Shown here piece after piece: positions 29,150-38,799 of a DNA stretch of 64,000 nt. Under the pieces are notes generated by a model. The model saw only the letters and a list, made by a program, of their open reading frames with translations, was not told the DNA's origin and ran no database searches. Numbering within the stretch: the first letter of the stretch is position 1; every line of letters starts with the position of its first letter. Origin of the DNA: Thermoplasmata archaeon (lineage in GTDB: Archaea; Thermoplasmatota; Thermoplasmata; Lutacidiplasmatales; UBA184); contig JAKIVR010000002.1 in assembly GCA_022750455.1 (NCBI GenBank), forward strand, positions 1,270-65,269, given 5' to 3'. Made by a program: the position numbers and the translations under genes.

Positions 29150-29162
29150 GTGTATAATACAC
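29150..29162. promoter_or_regulatory. palindrome GTGTAT-A-ATACAC (candidate MarR operator) in the AT-rich marR/qor-like divergent promoter
   Basis: Read from sequence. Embedded in ATTATATGCGTGTATAATACACATAACG between the two start codons. Confidence 0.4.
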
Positions 29163-29185
29163 ATAACGATGAACAGGGATCCGAC

Positions 29186-30145
29186 ATGAAGGCGGCCCTC
29201 GTCGTGGCGGCGGGCAAGACACCGATCTATGGAGATTTTCCCGATCCGGTGCCGGCCCCGGGGGACGTCTCGGTCACCGTCCGCGCCGCCGCGCTCAGTA
29301 ACCTGGTCCGAAGCCGGGCCTCGGGGACGCACTACAGCTCGTCCGGTCAGCTCCCGTTCGTAGCGGGGGTCGATGGAGTGGGCCGCCTCGACGATGGTCG
29401 GCGGGTGTACTTCCTCCTCCCGCGAGCTCCGTTCGGAAGCATGTCGGAAAGGACGGTGGTTCCCCCCTCCCACTGCCTCCCGCTCCCGGACGACCTGGAT
29501 GATGTCACTGCTGCGGCGATCGGCAATCCCGGCATGTCGGCGTGGGCGGCGTTCACGGAGCGAGCCCATCTCCAGGTCGGCGAAGCCGTCCTGGTGAACG
29601 GGGCGACCGGGACCGCCGGCCGACTCGCCGTTCAGATCGCCAAGTCCCTCGGCGCCCGAAAGGTGGTGGCGACCGGCCGAAATGTCGAGGCCCTGCAGTC
29701 GCTGAGGGGCTGGGGGGCGGATGTGACCATCCCGCTCGGAGAGACCGGCCACGCGTTCGAAGAGGCCGTACAGGATCAGTTCCGCGACGGGGGGATCGAC
29801 GTCGTGATCGATTACCTCTGGGGTCCGAGCGCCGAACGGATCATCGCGGCGGGGGCCCAGGCCGGCCCCGAGTCGGTCCCGATCCGGTTCGTGCAGGTCG
29901 GTGCGATGAGCGCGCCGACCCGGGTGCTTCCCAGTGCGGCCCTTCGTTCCTCCGCCCTCACTCTCCTGGGGAGCGGGATCAGCAGCATTCCAATGGATCG
30001 CCTCGTGAGGTCGATCGGCGACATGTTGCACGCCGCCGTCCCCGGCCATTTCCAGATCGCGACGAAGACGTTCCCGCTCTCCGCGGTGGAACACGTGTGG
30101 GCGACCGAGGGGAATCAGCCGCGCACCGTCTTTCTGATCCCCTGA
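29186..30145 (+). CDS. quinone oxidoreductase / Zn-independent medium-chain dehydrogenase-reductase (MDR) family
   Basis: MKAALVV start. NAD(P)-binding GATGTAGRLAVQIAKSLGA. A GTG at 29150 is an alternative start. Confidence 0.8.
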   Translation: MKAALVVAAGKTPIYGDFPDPVPAPGDVSVTVRAAALSNLVRSRASGTHYSSSGQLPFVAGVDGVGRLDDGRRVYFLLPRAPFGSMSERTVVPPSHCLPLPDDLDDVTAAAIGNPGMSAWAAFTERAHLQVGEAVLVNGATGTAGRLAVQIAKSLGARKVVATGRNVEALQSLRGWGADVTIPLGETGHAFEEAVQDQFRDGGIDVVIDYLWGPSAERIIAAGAQAGPESVPIRFVQVGAMSAPTRVLPSAALRSSALTLLGSGISSIPMDRLVRSIGDMLHAAVPGHFQIATKTFPLSAVEHVWATEGNQPRTVFLIP

Positions 30146-30299
30146 GCCCACCGCCGGGCGAACTCGCGTCGGCCGGGGGGGCGGCACGCCCTCGGGGTCC
30201 CTCCCCGGGCGACACCCGCCCGCTCCCACCGTCGAAACCATCGAGGGGACCGAATGTCGTTGGGACCGACCCGGCTCACCCTCTAAGTACTCGGGCTGA

Positions 30300-30773
30300 G
30301 TGGACCGCGCCGTGCCCGACCCGACCCCCAAGTGGCCCCTCCGGGCCCTCCGCCTCCTCCTGCCGATCCTCGGCCTCGCGCTCGCAGCCCAGTACCTTGC
30401 CGGATTGTGGACGAGCGCGTACGCGCCGGCGGCGGGGTTCACGAGTTCGAGTGCGATGTCGTTCCAGCCGCTGCAAGTGCACTACGCCCTCGGCGTCCTT
30501 CTCGGCCTCGGCACCCTCGCGCTCGTCGTGGTCGCGGCGTTCACGCGCCGCATCCCCTACCTCATCCTCTCCATCGTCGCGCTCCTCGGGGTCGGGGCGG
30601 CCGGGATCTTCGGAGAGCTGTTCGTCCGTTCCACCCCGAACGACCCCGCCTACTCCGTGCTGATGGGGATTGCATTCCTGGTGGCGTTCTGGGCGCTCAT
30701 GCTGCTCGCCATCCTCACGATCATGGGCCGCCGGATGGTCCCGTTGCTGCCGGCCGCCACCCCCGCGGCTTGA
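30300..30773 (+). CDS. hypothetical integral membrane protein (4 TM)
   Basis: Four hydrophobic helices. No recognisable motif. Confidence 0.5.
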   Translation: MDRAVPDPTPKWPLRALRLLLPILGLALAAQYLAGLWTSAYAPAAGFTSSSAMSFQPLQVHYALGVLLGLGTLALVVVAAFTRRIPYLILSIVALLGVGAAGIFGELFVRSTPNDPAYSVLMGIAFLVAFWALMLLAILTIMGRRMVPLLPAATPAA

Positions 30774-30873
30774 TCCCCCGCGTCGTGCGCCATCGGCGCC
30801 GAACGAACCAATGTGGGAGCCGTTCCGGCGCCTGTCGCCGGCTACATAGGGCGTCCGCCGTATTGACTCCGCG

Positions 30874-31953
30874 ATGGCCACGGCGCCGCCCCCTCACCCG
30901 TACCTGCACACGCCCACCCCCGAGAGCGTGCCGGCGATCTCTCCGGCGGAGCTGGTCGTCGCGCGCGAGGGCCCGGCCCCGCCGGTCGTCGTCGACCTCC
31001 GCGCCGCGCGGGAACGGCGCCTCGCCCGCCTCCCCGGGGACCTCTCGATCCCGCTGTCGGAGCTTCCGTCCCGATGGGCCGAGGTACCGGCGGACCGCCC
31101 CGTGGTCGTCTACTGCCAGTTCGGCGGGACCGCGCGCCGGGGGGCCCAGTTCCTCCGGGAGCACGGCCTCGCTCACGTCGCCCTGCTCGAAGGCGGCCTC
31201 GACGAGTACTCCCGGATCGTGGACCCGACGATCGCCCGGTACTCTCCCGGCGGCGAGACGGACGGCTGGGTGCTCCAGCAGTTCCCGCGACCGGAGACGG
31301 GCTGCCTCGCGTACCTCGTCGGGGATCTCGCGTCGGGGGAGGCCGCGGTCCTCGATCCCGGGATCGACCCGGCCCCGTACCTCGCGGCGGTCGAATCCCT
31401 CGGCCTGAAGCTCCGCTCCATCGTCGAAACGCACACCCACGCGGACCACCTCGCCGGCCACGCGGCGTTGCACGAACGGACCGGGGCCGCGATCGTGGTC
31501 AGCCACCGCTCCCCCGCCCAGTACCCTCACCGCCTCCTGACGGAGGGCGACAGCGTCGAGGTCGGGAACCAGGCGCTCATGGCGTGGGAGACCCCGGGCC
31601 ACACGAGCGACCACCTGACGCTTCGCCTCCACGACAAGGCGTTCACCGGCGACACGCTGCTCATCGGCTCGTGTGGCCGGACGGATCTCGGCGACGGCTC
31701 CCCACGGCAGCTCTGGGAGAGCCTCACCACCAAGCTCCTGACTCTCCCGGACGACACCGAGATCTTCCCCGCCCACTACGGCTCCCGGCACTCCCTGCCG
31801 GACCGGTACGTGTCGACCGTCGGTTTCGAACGGGCCACGAACGAAGCGCTCCGCCAGCCCGACTGGCCGTCGTTCGAGAAGTATATGACCGAAGGCTGGC
31901 CTCCCAAACCGTCGTCGTTCGACGAGATCGTGCGGCGGAATCTGAGCGCGTAG
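30874..31953 (+). CDS. rhodanese domain + metallo-beta-lactamase fold (persulfide dioxygenase-like) fusion protein
   Basis: Rhodanese active-site loop VVYCQFGGTARRG. MBL motif ETHTHADH and downstream His/Asp ligands. Confidence 0.75.
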   Translation: MATAPPPHPYLHTPTPESVPAISPAELVVAREGPAPPVVVDLRAARERRLARLPGDLSIPLSELPSRWAEVPADRPVVVYCQFGGTARRGAQFLREHGLAHVALLEGGLDEYSRIVDPTIARYSPGGETDGWVLQQFPRPETGCLAYLVGDLASGEAAVLDPGIDPAPYLAAVESLGLKLRSIVETHTHADHLAGHAALHERTGAAIVVSHRSPAQYPHRLLTEGDSVEVGNQALMAWETPGHTSDHLTLRLHDKAFTGDTLLIGSCGRTDLGDGSPRQLWESLTTKLLTLPDDTEIFPAHYGSRHSLPDRYVSTVGFERATNEALRQPDWPSFEKYMTEGWPPKPSSFDEIVRRNLSA

Positions 31954-32047
31954 GCCGCCCGGCCGCCGATTGTCCCCCACGCAAGGGGATTTCGTCGGGA
32001 GTCGTCAGCGACATGGTTAAGGCCCGAACCTTGGTCGATGCTCCCCC

Positions 32048-33028
32048 ATGGACGTGGCGACGCAACTGACCGGATCCTTCCCCCGACCGGAGTCGGTGGT
32101 CACGGCGACCCGCGACCTCGACCGCGGCCGCACGACCCCCGAAGCGACCGACGCCGCGTTCCGCAAGGCCGAGTGGGAGGTCGCCGCCATCGAGCAGATG
32201 CTCGGGCTCGAACCGCGCACCGGAGGCTACCTCACCTGGGCCGACATCTTCCGGCCGATCTCCGCCGGCTGGGGAGGCTTCTCCGTCGGACCGATCACCC
32301 GCTGGTTCGCCACGAACACGTTCTTCCGGCAGCCGGTGCTGCACCATCCGCCCGAGCGGAAGCCGGGCGCCATCGCGGCCGTCCTACCCGCCGCCCGGGG
32401 CACGGCTCCGGCCTCCCAGGCGAAGGTGATCCTGCCCGGTCCGTACACGCTCGCCTGCCTGTTGGACAACAAATCCGGCGAGACGCTCGAAGCGCTCGCC
32501 TACCGGCTCGGCCGGCTCCTCGCGGACGAGGTGAAGGATCTCCACGGCCTCGGATACCGGACGTTCCAGTTCCAAGAGCCGAACCTCGTCGTCCATCCGC
32601 CGGCCGGACCGCTCGCCGAGAGCGTCGTGACCGGGTACGAGGCGATCTCGAGCGCCTCGCACGGCTCCGCCGTGTGGATCTGGACGTTCTTTGCCGATGC
32701 CGGCCCGGCGTGGCCACTCCTCGCCCGATTGCCGGTGTCGGGCGTCGGGATCGATCTCGCGGAGACGGAGCCGAGCTCGTTCCGACCGTTGGGCGCGGGG
32801 CAGGCGCTCGGTCTTGGCTGCGTCGACCCGACGACGACACTCCCGGAGGACCCGGCCGAGGTCGTCCGGCTCGTGCTGGAGGCCGAGAAGCGGGTGCACC
32901 CGACCCACGTGATGCTCGGACCCGGCGGCCCGCTCGACCTGCTCCCCTGGGAGCCGGCGCAGCGAAAGCTCGAGGTGCTCCCCGCCGCGCGCAAGCTGCT
33001 CGCCTCGCATCCGGAGCGGAAGGCATGA
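32048..33028 (+). CDS. MetE N-terminal-like (cobalamin-independent methionine synthase family) paralog lacking Zn ligands
   Basis: UroD/MetE-like barrel similarity. No H-x-C / C Zn site. Stop overlaps the downstream ATG (ATGA). Confidence 0.6.
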   Translation: MDVATQLTGSFPRPESVVTATRDLDRGRTTPEATDAAFRKAEWEVAAIEQMLGLEPRTGGYLTWADIFRPISAGWGGFSVGPITRWFATNTFFRQPVLHHPPERKPGAIAAVLPAARGTAPASQAKVILPGPYTLACLLDNKSGETLEALAYRLGRLLADEVKDLHGLGYRTFQFQEPNLVVHPPAGPLAESVVTGYEAISSASHGSAVWIWTFFADAGPAWPLLARLPVSGVGIDLAETEPSSFRPLGAGQALGLGCVDPTTTLPEDPAEVVRLVLEAEKRVHPTHVMLGPGGPLDLLPWEPAQRKLEVLPAARKLLASHPERKA

Positions 33029-34164
33029 CGAAGAAGCTGTTCCCAACGCAGGAGATCGGCTCCATCGCCCGGCCGCTCTGGCAGCTGCAGGTCCAGCAGT
33101 CCCGCCCGCTCAACGAGCGCGCGGTAAAGGAGTTCAACACGTGGAACGAGCGGCTCCACTTCGCCCCGAAGGACGATCCGACCACCCTCATCCTCTCCAA
33201 GGGAGGCGGCCCCGACGCCGGCCGGGTCCGCGACCTCTCGTGTCTGTTCGGGTTGCGCTACTTCGAATCCGCCGGGCTCGACCGGGTGTACGACGGCGAG
33301 GCGCGCCGCGTCGAGATGTACGAGCACGCGATCCGCCAGATGCAGGGGTTCGAGTTCCTCGGACATGTTCGATCGTTCGACAACAAGTACTACCGCAAGG
33401 CGGCCGGGACCGGCCCGGTCGGTCTCGACCATCCGTACGATGTCGACGAGTTCGAGTTCGTGAAGACGCACGCCGTCGGGGAGCCGAAGGTCCCGATCAC
33501 CGGGCCGTACACCCTCGCGGACTGGTCGTACAACCAGCACTACCTGGGCAAACGCTCCGGCTGGAAGAGCCGCGCCGTCCGGCGCGACGCCCAGCGGGAG
33601 TTCGTCGTCGAGATCGCGCGCCAGGCGCTCCGCCCGACGCTGAAGGCGCTCATCGACAAAGGCTGTCGCGTCCTCCAGATCGACGAGCCCGCTGCCGGCA
33701 CCCATCCGGACGAGGCGGACCTCGTCGCCGAAGGGTTCAACGCGGCGACCGAGGGGCTCGACGCGGAGTTCACCATGCACATCTGCTTCTCGGAGTACCG
33801 GGACCTCTTCCCGGCCATCCTCGAGGCGAAGCGCTGCCGGCAATGGACGTGGGAGTTCGCGAACCGGGACACCCCCGAGCGGGACGGCTACGCGATCCTC
33901 GACGTCTTCCGGGAGTACGGAGACACCCGGGACATCGGTCTCGGGGTCCTCGACGTCCACGTGGACACGATCGAGACGCCCGAGCAGGTCGCCGACCGGA
34001 TCCAGCGGGCGGCAAAGCGGCTCGGCGACCCGGATCGGATCTGGGTCAATCCGGACTGCGGGCTGCGGACCCGAAGCCTCGACGTGGCGTACGCGAAGCT
34101 CACGAACATGGTCCAGGGTGCGGAGATCGCCCGAGGGATGTTCGACGGATCCTCGCGCCGCTAG
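33025..34164 (+). CDS. metE: methionine synthase II, cobalamin-independent, archaeal short form
   Basis: Zn ligands MHICFSEY and NPDCGL. Similarity throughout to archaeal MetE. Confidence 0.8.
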   Translation: MTKKLFPTQEIGSIARPLWQLQVQQSRPLNERAVKEFNTWNERLHFAPKDDPTTLILSKGGGPDAGRVRDLSCLFGLRYFESAGLDRVYDGEARRVEMYEHAIRQMQGFEFLGHVRSFDNKYYRKAAGTGPVGLDHPYDVDEFEFVKTHAVGEPKVPITGPYTLADWSYNQHYLGKRSGWKSRAVRRDAQREFVVEIARQALRPTLKALIDKGCRVLQIDEPAAGTHPDEADLVAEGFNAATEGLDAEFTMHICFSEYRDLFPAILEAKRCRQWTWEFANRDTPERDGYAILDVFREYGDTRDIGLGVLDVHVDTIETPEQVADRIQRAAKRLGDPDRIWVNPDCGLRTRSLDVAYAKLTNMVQGAEIARGMFDGSSRR

Positions 34165-34202
34165 TCGGGACGGCGACGAACCGACCGGCCGTTTCTGTCG
34201 GA

Positions 34203-35825
34203 CTACTTCGGGTTTGGCGAGCTGGGCACGACCGAGGCGGGGATCGTCGGGGCGGCATCGGTCCGCGGAGCGGCGCCGCCCTCGACGCGCGTGCCATCGG
34301 GAAGGTACCGGTAGTTCTTCACGAACAGCGCGAGGAGCACCGTCACGAGTCCCATGGCGGCCGTCGCGAGGAAGACGTACTCGTACGCGGCCACCGTAGG
34401 GAATGCGACGACGATCGGTTGCGGCAGCGGGTTCCCCGGCACGGTTCCGCTGCCCACGACCACGAGCGCCGTGAAGCTGGACAGCAACGTCGAGGCGAGG
34501 ACCGGCCCGATCGCCGCGCCGACGTTCCGGAACGTCTGGTTCATCCCGGTCTGGATGCCCCGCTCCTGCGGGCGCGAGCTCAGCACCACGACATTGACCA
34601 TCGCGATGAAGATGGCGATGATCCCGAGGAACGTCGGGATCGACGCGAGGATCAATCCCACGAGCGACGCGTGCACGATCGCCATCGTGGTCCCGCCAAT
34701 GAACGTCAAGGCGCCTCCCAGGATCAGCGCGGGGCGCGGGCCCGCCGTGCCCACGAGCTTGCCGATCATCGGTCCGAAGACGAGGACGGAGAGCGACGCC
34801 GGAACGGAGGCGAGCCCGGCGTCGAGGACGTCGAGCCCGAGCCCCCCGGCGACGACGGGGGTCTGCAGGAACTCCTCGATCCCGACGAAGAAGCAAAACA
34901 TCGCGATCCCCGACGCGAGGGCGGCCCCGTTCGCCAGCACGATGTTCCTCTCCTTCAGCTTCGAGAAATCGACCATCGGGCTCGCGACCCGCGGCTCCCA
35001 GAGCAGGAAGCCGACGAACAGGATCAGCGCGAGCACGAACAGGACAGGGGTCCCGATCGGCACGCCACCGATCGTGGCGCCGTTGACCGTCGCCCACCCC
35101 CAGGTCGGTCCCTCCGAGACCGCGATCAGGAACGCCGCGAGGGCGCCTCCGAGCAGTCCGGCCCCGACGAAGTCAACCGGGTTCCGACGTCCGACGGTGG
35201 ATTCGTTCAGCACGTAGTAGGTGATGAACGGGGCCGCGATGGCCAGGGGGATGATCGTGTGGTAGGTGAACTGCCAGCCATGCGTCTGCGTGATCCACGC
35301 CCCACCGGCCAGGCCGAGCGCGGCGCCCACGGCGAACATCGCCGAGACGGTCCCTTGGGCCGCCCCGAGCTTCTCCGGCGGGAACTCCTCGCCGATGAGG
35401 GCGAAGGCGAGGGGGAACATCCCGATGCCGATCCCTTGCACCGCACGGACCGCGATGAGCACGAAGATGGCGTTCGACCGCGAGATCCCGACGGCGGCCG
35501 CGATCTCCGGGGTGAATCCGGCGACGGTGACGGCGACCGCGTAGATCGACATCACGACAAGCATGACCCGCTTCTTGCCGAAGTCGTCGCCGAGCTTGGA
35601 GACGATCGGCGTCACCGCGACGCCGACGAGGAGGTACGCCGTGAGGATCCACGCCACCGTCGAGATCGGGGCCCCGTCGAAGAAGACGACGAAGTGCGGG
35701 ATCGCCGGGACGATCATCGTCTCGACGTACGTGACCATGAGGGCGAACACGGCGAGCGTGATCAGCACCGCCCGCTGTCGGGAGGTCATCCCCGCGGGGG
35801 CGGGGGGAGTCGTCGTACCGGCCAT
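34203..35825 (-). CDS. MFS transporter (14-TMS drug:H+ antiporter-like)
   Basis: Polytopic 540-aa protein with MFS signature loops (GKLGDDFGKKRV). Confidence 0.85.
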   Translation of the reverse strand: MAGTTTPPAPAGMTSRQRAVLITLAVFALMVTYVETMIVPAIPHFVVFFDGAPISTVAWILTAYLLVGVAVTPIVSKLGDDFGKKRVMLVVMSIYAVAVTVAGFTPEIAAAVGISRSNAIFVLIAVRAVQGIGIGMFPLAFALIGEEFPPEKLGAAQGTVSAMFAVGAALGLAGGAWITQTHGWQFTYHTIIPLAIAAPFITYYVLNESTVGRRNPVDFVGAGLLGGALAAFLIAVSEGPTWGWATVNGATIGGVPIGTPVLFVLALILFVGFLLWEPRVASPMVDFSKLKERNIVLANGAALASGIAMFCFFVGIEEFLQTPVVAGGLGLDVLDAGLASVPASLSVLVFGPMIGKLVGTAGPRPALILGGALTFIGGTTMAIVHASLVGLILASIPTFLGIIAIFIAMVNVVVLSSRPQERGIQTGMNQTFRNVGAAIGPVLASTLLSSFTALVVVGSGTVPGNPLPQPIVVAFPTVAAYEYVFLATAAMGLVTVLLALFVKNYRYLPDGTRVEGGAAPRTDAAPTIPASVVPSSPNPK

Positions 35826-35887
35826 GGCGGGGCCGGGTCCGACCCCCCATTAAGGACTTCGGCCGAGGGGGTGCCCTCGGGGAGGAG

Positions 35888-36757
35888 TTACCCCAGGGTA
35901 AGCAGTTCGGCTCCGCCGCTCTGCACGAGCACCGTGTGCTCGGCTTGCGCGACGAGGCCGCCGCCGGATTCGACAAAGACCGGGTACGTCTGCAACATGC
36001 GCCGGGCCGCCTTGAGGCGCGCGCCTTCGTCCGGGGAGACCCACCGGGCCGTGAACGGAAGGGTGCGAAACCGGGCGAAGCTGGCAGCGAGCGGGGAGTC
36101 GGGTCCCGGGTCCTGCCGGAACCGCACGATGTTCCCGAACGCACCGTCCTCGATCGCTCCGGCGCCGTTCGTCGCGAACGGTTCGATCGCCACATACTCC
36201 CCCGCCTCCAGGGTCTCCCCGCTGCCCCCCGACACGTTCGGGATCGCCTTTCCCGCGTGGAGCAGGTACGGTCGGATCGTGTGGCCCGTGAGGTTCCGGA
36301 CCGGCTTCAACCCCTGACGATGGATCGCGTCCTCGATCGCGCGGCTGATCGTGTCGACACGGACCCCGTCGCGTACCGCGGCGACCCCGGCGGCGAGTGC
36401 GTCGTCGACGGCGCGGCGCAGCCGGTCGTGCCGGTGCCCGCCGCCGACCTCGACCGTGATGGCCGTGTCCGCGATCGCGCCTTCGATGTGGGCGCCAACA
36501 TCGACCTTCAGGAGGTCCCCGGGCTCGAGGAGCGCGTCATCGTCGACGGACGGCGTGTAATGCGCGGCCTCCACGTTCCGGGAGAGGTTCGCAGGGAACG
36601 CCGGCTGCGCACCCTGCTCCCGGATGAACCCCTCGATCCGATCGGCGAGCTCCCTTCGGCGCATGCCGGGCACCGCGAGTCGAGCCCCGAGATCGCGCGC
36701 CTGGGCGGCGATCCGGGCCGCCCGGCGCCACGATTCGACGTCGTCCGCCGTGGCCAT
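35888..36757 (-). CDS. map: methionine aminopeptidase, type 2 (archaeal)
   Basis: Pita-bread fold blocks (DVGAHIEGAIADTA, EPFATNGAG). Internal ATG. The 164-aa Arg-rich ORF-track extension was rejected. Confidence 0.85.
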   Translation of the reverse strand: MATADDVESWRRAARIAAQARDLGARLAVPGMRRRELADRIEGFIREQGAQPAFPANLSRNVEAAHYTPSVDDDALLEPGDLLKVDVGAHIEGAIADTAITVEVGGGHRHDRLRRAVDDALAAGVAAVRDGVRVDTISRAIEDAIHRQGLKPVRNLTGHTIRPYLLHAGKAIPNVSGGSGETLEAGEYVAIEPFATNGAGAIEDGAFGNIVRFRQDPGPDSPLAASFARFRTLPFTARWVSPDEGARLKAARRMLQTYPVFVESGGGLVAQAEHTVLVQSGGAELLTLG

Positions 36758-37341
36758 CACGGGCTCCGGGGCACGAGGCGGGGGGCCGAACCGGTAAGAT
36801 CCACGAGAGTGGAAGGGACGCCCCCGGGCACGGGGCCCTCGATCACGTACTCGGCGACGGAGCGCGCGAGCTCCCCTTTCGCCGATCGAACGTCGGCCGT
36901 CGCCGGGGCGCCGTGGAGGTTCGCCGAGGTGCACGTGATCGGGCCCACCTGGCGCGCGAGCTCCCGGGCCACGGGATGGCCGGGGATCCGCAGTCCCAGA
37001 GTTCGCGCCGCACCGATCGGAGCGGCGATCGTCGAACGGGCGAACGCCGAGGGACGGACCAATACGGTGTACGCTCCGGGCAGCTTCGATCGGACGAACG
37101 CGCGGCCGGAGTCGGAGAGCTCCGCCAGCCGCTCGAGCTCCGCGATCGAGCTCACGGCGAGGGCGACCGGGGTCGTCTCGGGGCGGCGCTTGGCTCGGAA
37201 CACCCGGCGGAGAGCGGTCGAACGATCCGCTCGCGCTCCCAGGCCCCACAACGTGTCGGTCGGATAGACCACGAGACGCCCGGCTCGCAACGATCGGACC
37301 GCCGCCTCGAGGGAGGCGGACCCTCTAGACGAGCGAGGCAT
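36757..37341 (-). CDS. tsaC: L-threonylcarbamoyladenylate synthase (YrdC/Sua5 family)
   Basis: VVYPTDTLWGLG signature. Confidence 0.8.
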   Translation of the reverse strand: MPRSSRGSASLEAAVRSLRAGRLVVYPTDTLWGLGARADRSTALRRVFRAKRRPETTPVALAVSSIAELERLAELSDSGRAFVRSKLPGAYTVLVRPSAFARSTIAAPIGAARTLGLRIPGHPVARELARQVGPITCTSANLHGAPATADVRSAKGELARSVAEYVIEGPVPGGVPSTLVDLTGSAPRLVPRSP

Positions 37342-37783
37342 CGGTCCGCGACACGGCGACGTACTCCTCCGGCCGGAAGTAGAGCGCGAGCTCCCGCGCC
37401 GCCGACGCGGGGGCGTCGGAGGCGTGGATCAGGTTCGCGGTGATCGCCAGGGCGAGGTCGCCCCGGATCGTGCCGGGGGCCGCGGTCTGGGGATTGGTGG
37501 CCCCGACGAGAAGTCGGATGACCGCGATCGCCGAGCGCCCTTCCCAGGCCATCGCGAGCACCGGACCCGAGGTGATGTGTTCGACCAGGCCGGGGTAGAA
37601 CGGCTTGCCCTTGTGCTCGCCATAATGTTCGGCGGCGAGCGCCGGGCTCACGCTCAGCAGCTTCGCCGCCGCGAGCGTCAGCCCCTTCGCCTCGAGCCGC
37701 TGGATGATCTGTCCCACGAGCGCGCGCCGGACGCCATCGGGCTTCACCAAGACCAAGCTCCGCTCGACGCCCCCTTCGTTCAT
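37325..37783 (-). CDS. ndk: nucleoside diphosphate kinase
   Basis: NLIHASDA active-site His. 152 aa. Confidence 0.9.
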   Translation of the reverse strand: MNEGGVERSLVLVKPDGVRRALVGQIIQRLEAKGLTLAAAKLLSVSPALAAEHYGEHKGKPFYPGLVEHITSGPVLAMAWEGRSAIAVIRLLVGATNPQTAAPGTIRGDLALAITANLIHASDAPASAARELALYFRPEEYVAVSRTDASLV

Positions 37784-37863
37784 GGTGGACCGAGAAACGC
37801 CGGCGTCAAAACAGTTGGGTGGGGGGCGAGAGGTGAATAGGGGCGCCCTCGTCGCGACCGATC

Positions 37864-38244
37864 GTGCACCGGGGAATCGAACTGGACCTTCACCTGACCC
37901 CGGGTCTCCACAACGAGAGCTTCATCGCCGTCGCCCTCGGGAACCTGCTCGCCTTCCGCCTCCAGAAGGAGCGCGGGGAGCGGCTGGCGTGGCAGATCCT
38001 GCAGATCGAAGGCGGGAGCGACCATCACTATCGTCTCGTGCTCCGACACCCGGAGCGCGTGCTGGACGTCGGATTGCAGCACGACCTGCACCGCGATCTG
38101 GAGGAGCTGCGCCAGCGGACTTCGGAGCAGCTCCACCAGGAGCTCGAGGCGGCGAAGAGCGCCGGACTCGTTCCCGTGGGGCTCCGACACGTCACCGAAC
38201 TACCGGACCTCTGGAAGGACGATTTCTGGAACTGGATCGGCTGA
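37864..38244 (+). CDS. hypothetical protein
   Basis: ORF only. His/Glu/Leu-rich. No motif recognised. Confidence 0.2.
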   Translation: MHRGIELDLHLTPGLHNESFIAVALGNLLAFRLQKERGERLAWQILQIEGGSDHHYRLVLRHPERVLDVGLQHDLHRDLEELRQRTSEQLHQELEAAKSAGLVPVGLRHVTELPDLWKDDFWNWIG

Positions 38245-38280
38245 GCGTCGTTCCCCGCAGAGGGGGAGCCCCGCCGGGGA

Positions 38281-38799
38281 TCACACCGCCCTCGCATCGC
38301 ATTCGGTCCGCCACCGGCACCGGGCGCACTTCCCTGTCGAAGGGGTCGCCCGACCGTCGTACGGGCGCGCGACCTCCCGCCGGATCTCCGTCACCGCGGC
38401 GCGGGCGCCGGCGTCCCAGGCAACGAAGAACTCCCCTCCGTCCCCGTACCGCACGATCCCGTACGGGGGCGATCGCCCGGTCGTCTCCTCCACCAACAGA
38501 CAGTACGCGGCGACCTGGATCTGATGCGAGCGCCACGGTCCGCCGCGGGGGGTCGAGCGGCTCTTCCACTCCACCGGGATCCAGCTTCCGTCGGGAAGAC
38601 GTCGGATCTCGTCCGGTCGGCCCACGAGCCGCCACCGTTCGGAGACGAGCCGGGTCCCGGCGCGGCCGGGGAGGTCGACGTCCACGAGGTGCCCGTGCCG
38701 ACGGTCGGGGATCCAAGAGATCCAGAGCGCGAGCGCCCCGAGAAGGACGACGCCCGCGATCCCCGCGACGGCGAGAGCGATCTCGCCGACCGGGCTCAT
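38281..38799 (-). CDS. Cas4-like PD-(D/E)xK nuclease, C-terminal module (N-terminal TM helix; D, ExK, QxxxY motifs; CxxCx5C Fe-S cysteines)
   Basis: TM IALAVAGIAGVVLLGALALWISWI; VEWKSRS (ExK); HQIQVAAY (QxxxY); GKCARCRWRTEC. Confidence 0.55.
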   Translation of the reverse strand: MSPVGEIALAVAGIAGVVLLGALALWISWIPDRRHGHLVDVDLPGRAGTRLVSERWRLVGRPDEIRRLPDGSWIPVEWKSRSTPRGGPWRSHQIQVAAYCLLVEETTGRSPPYGIVRYGDGGEFFVAWDAGARAAVTEIRREVARPYDGRATPSTGKCARCRWRTECDARAV

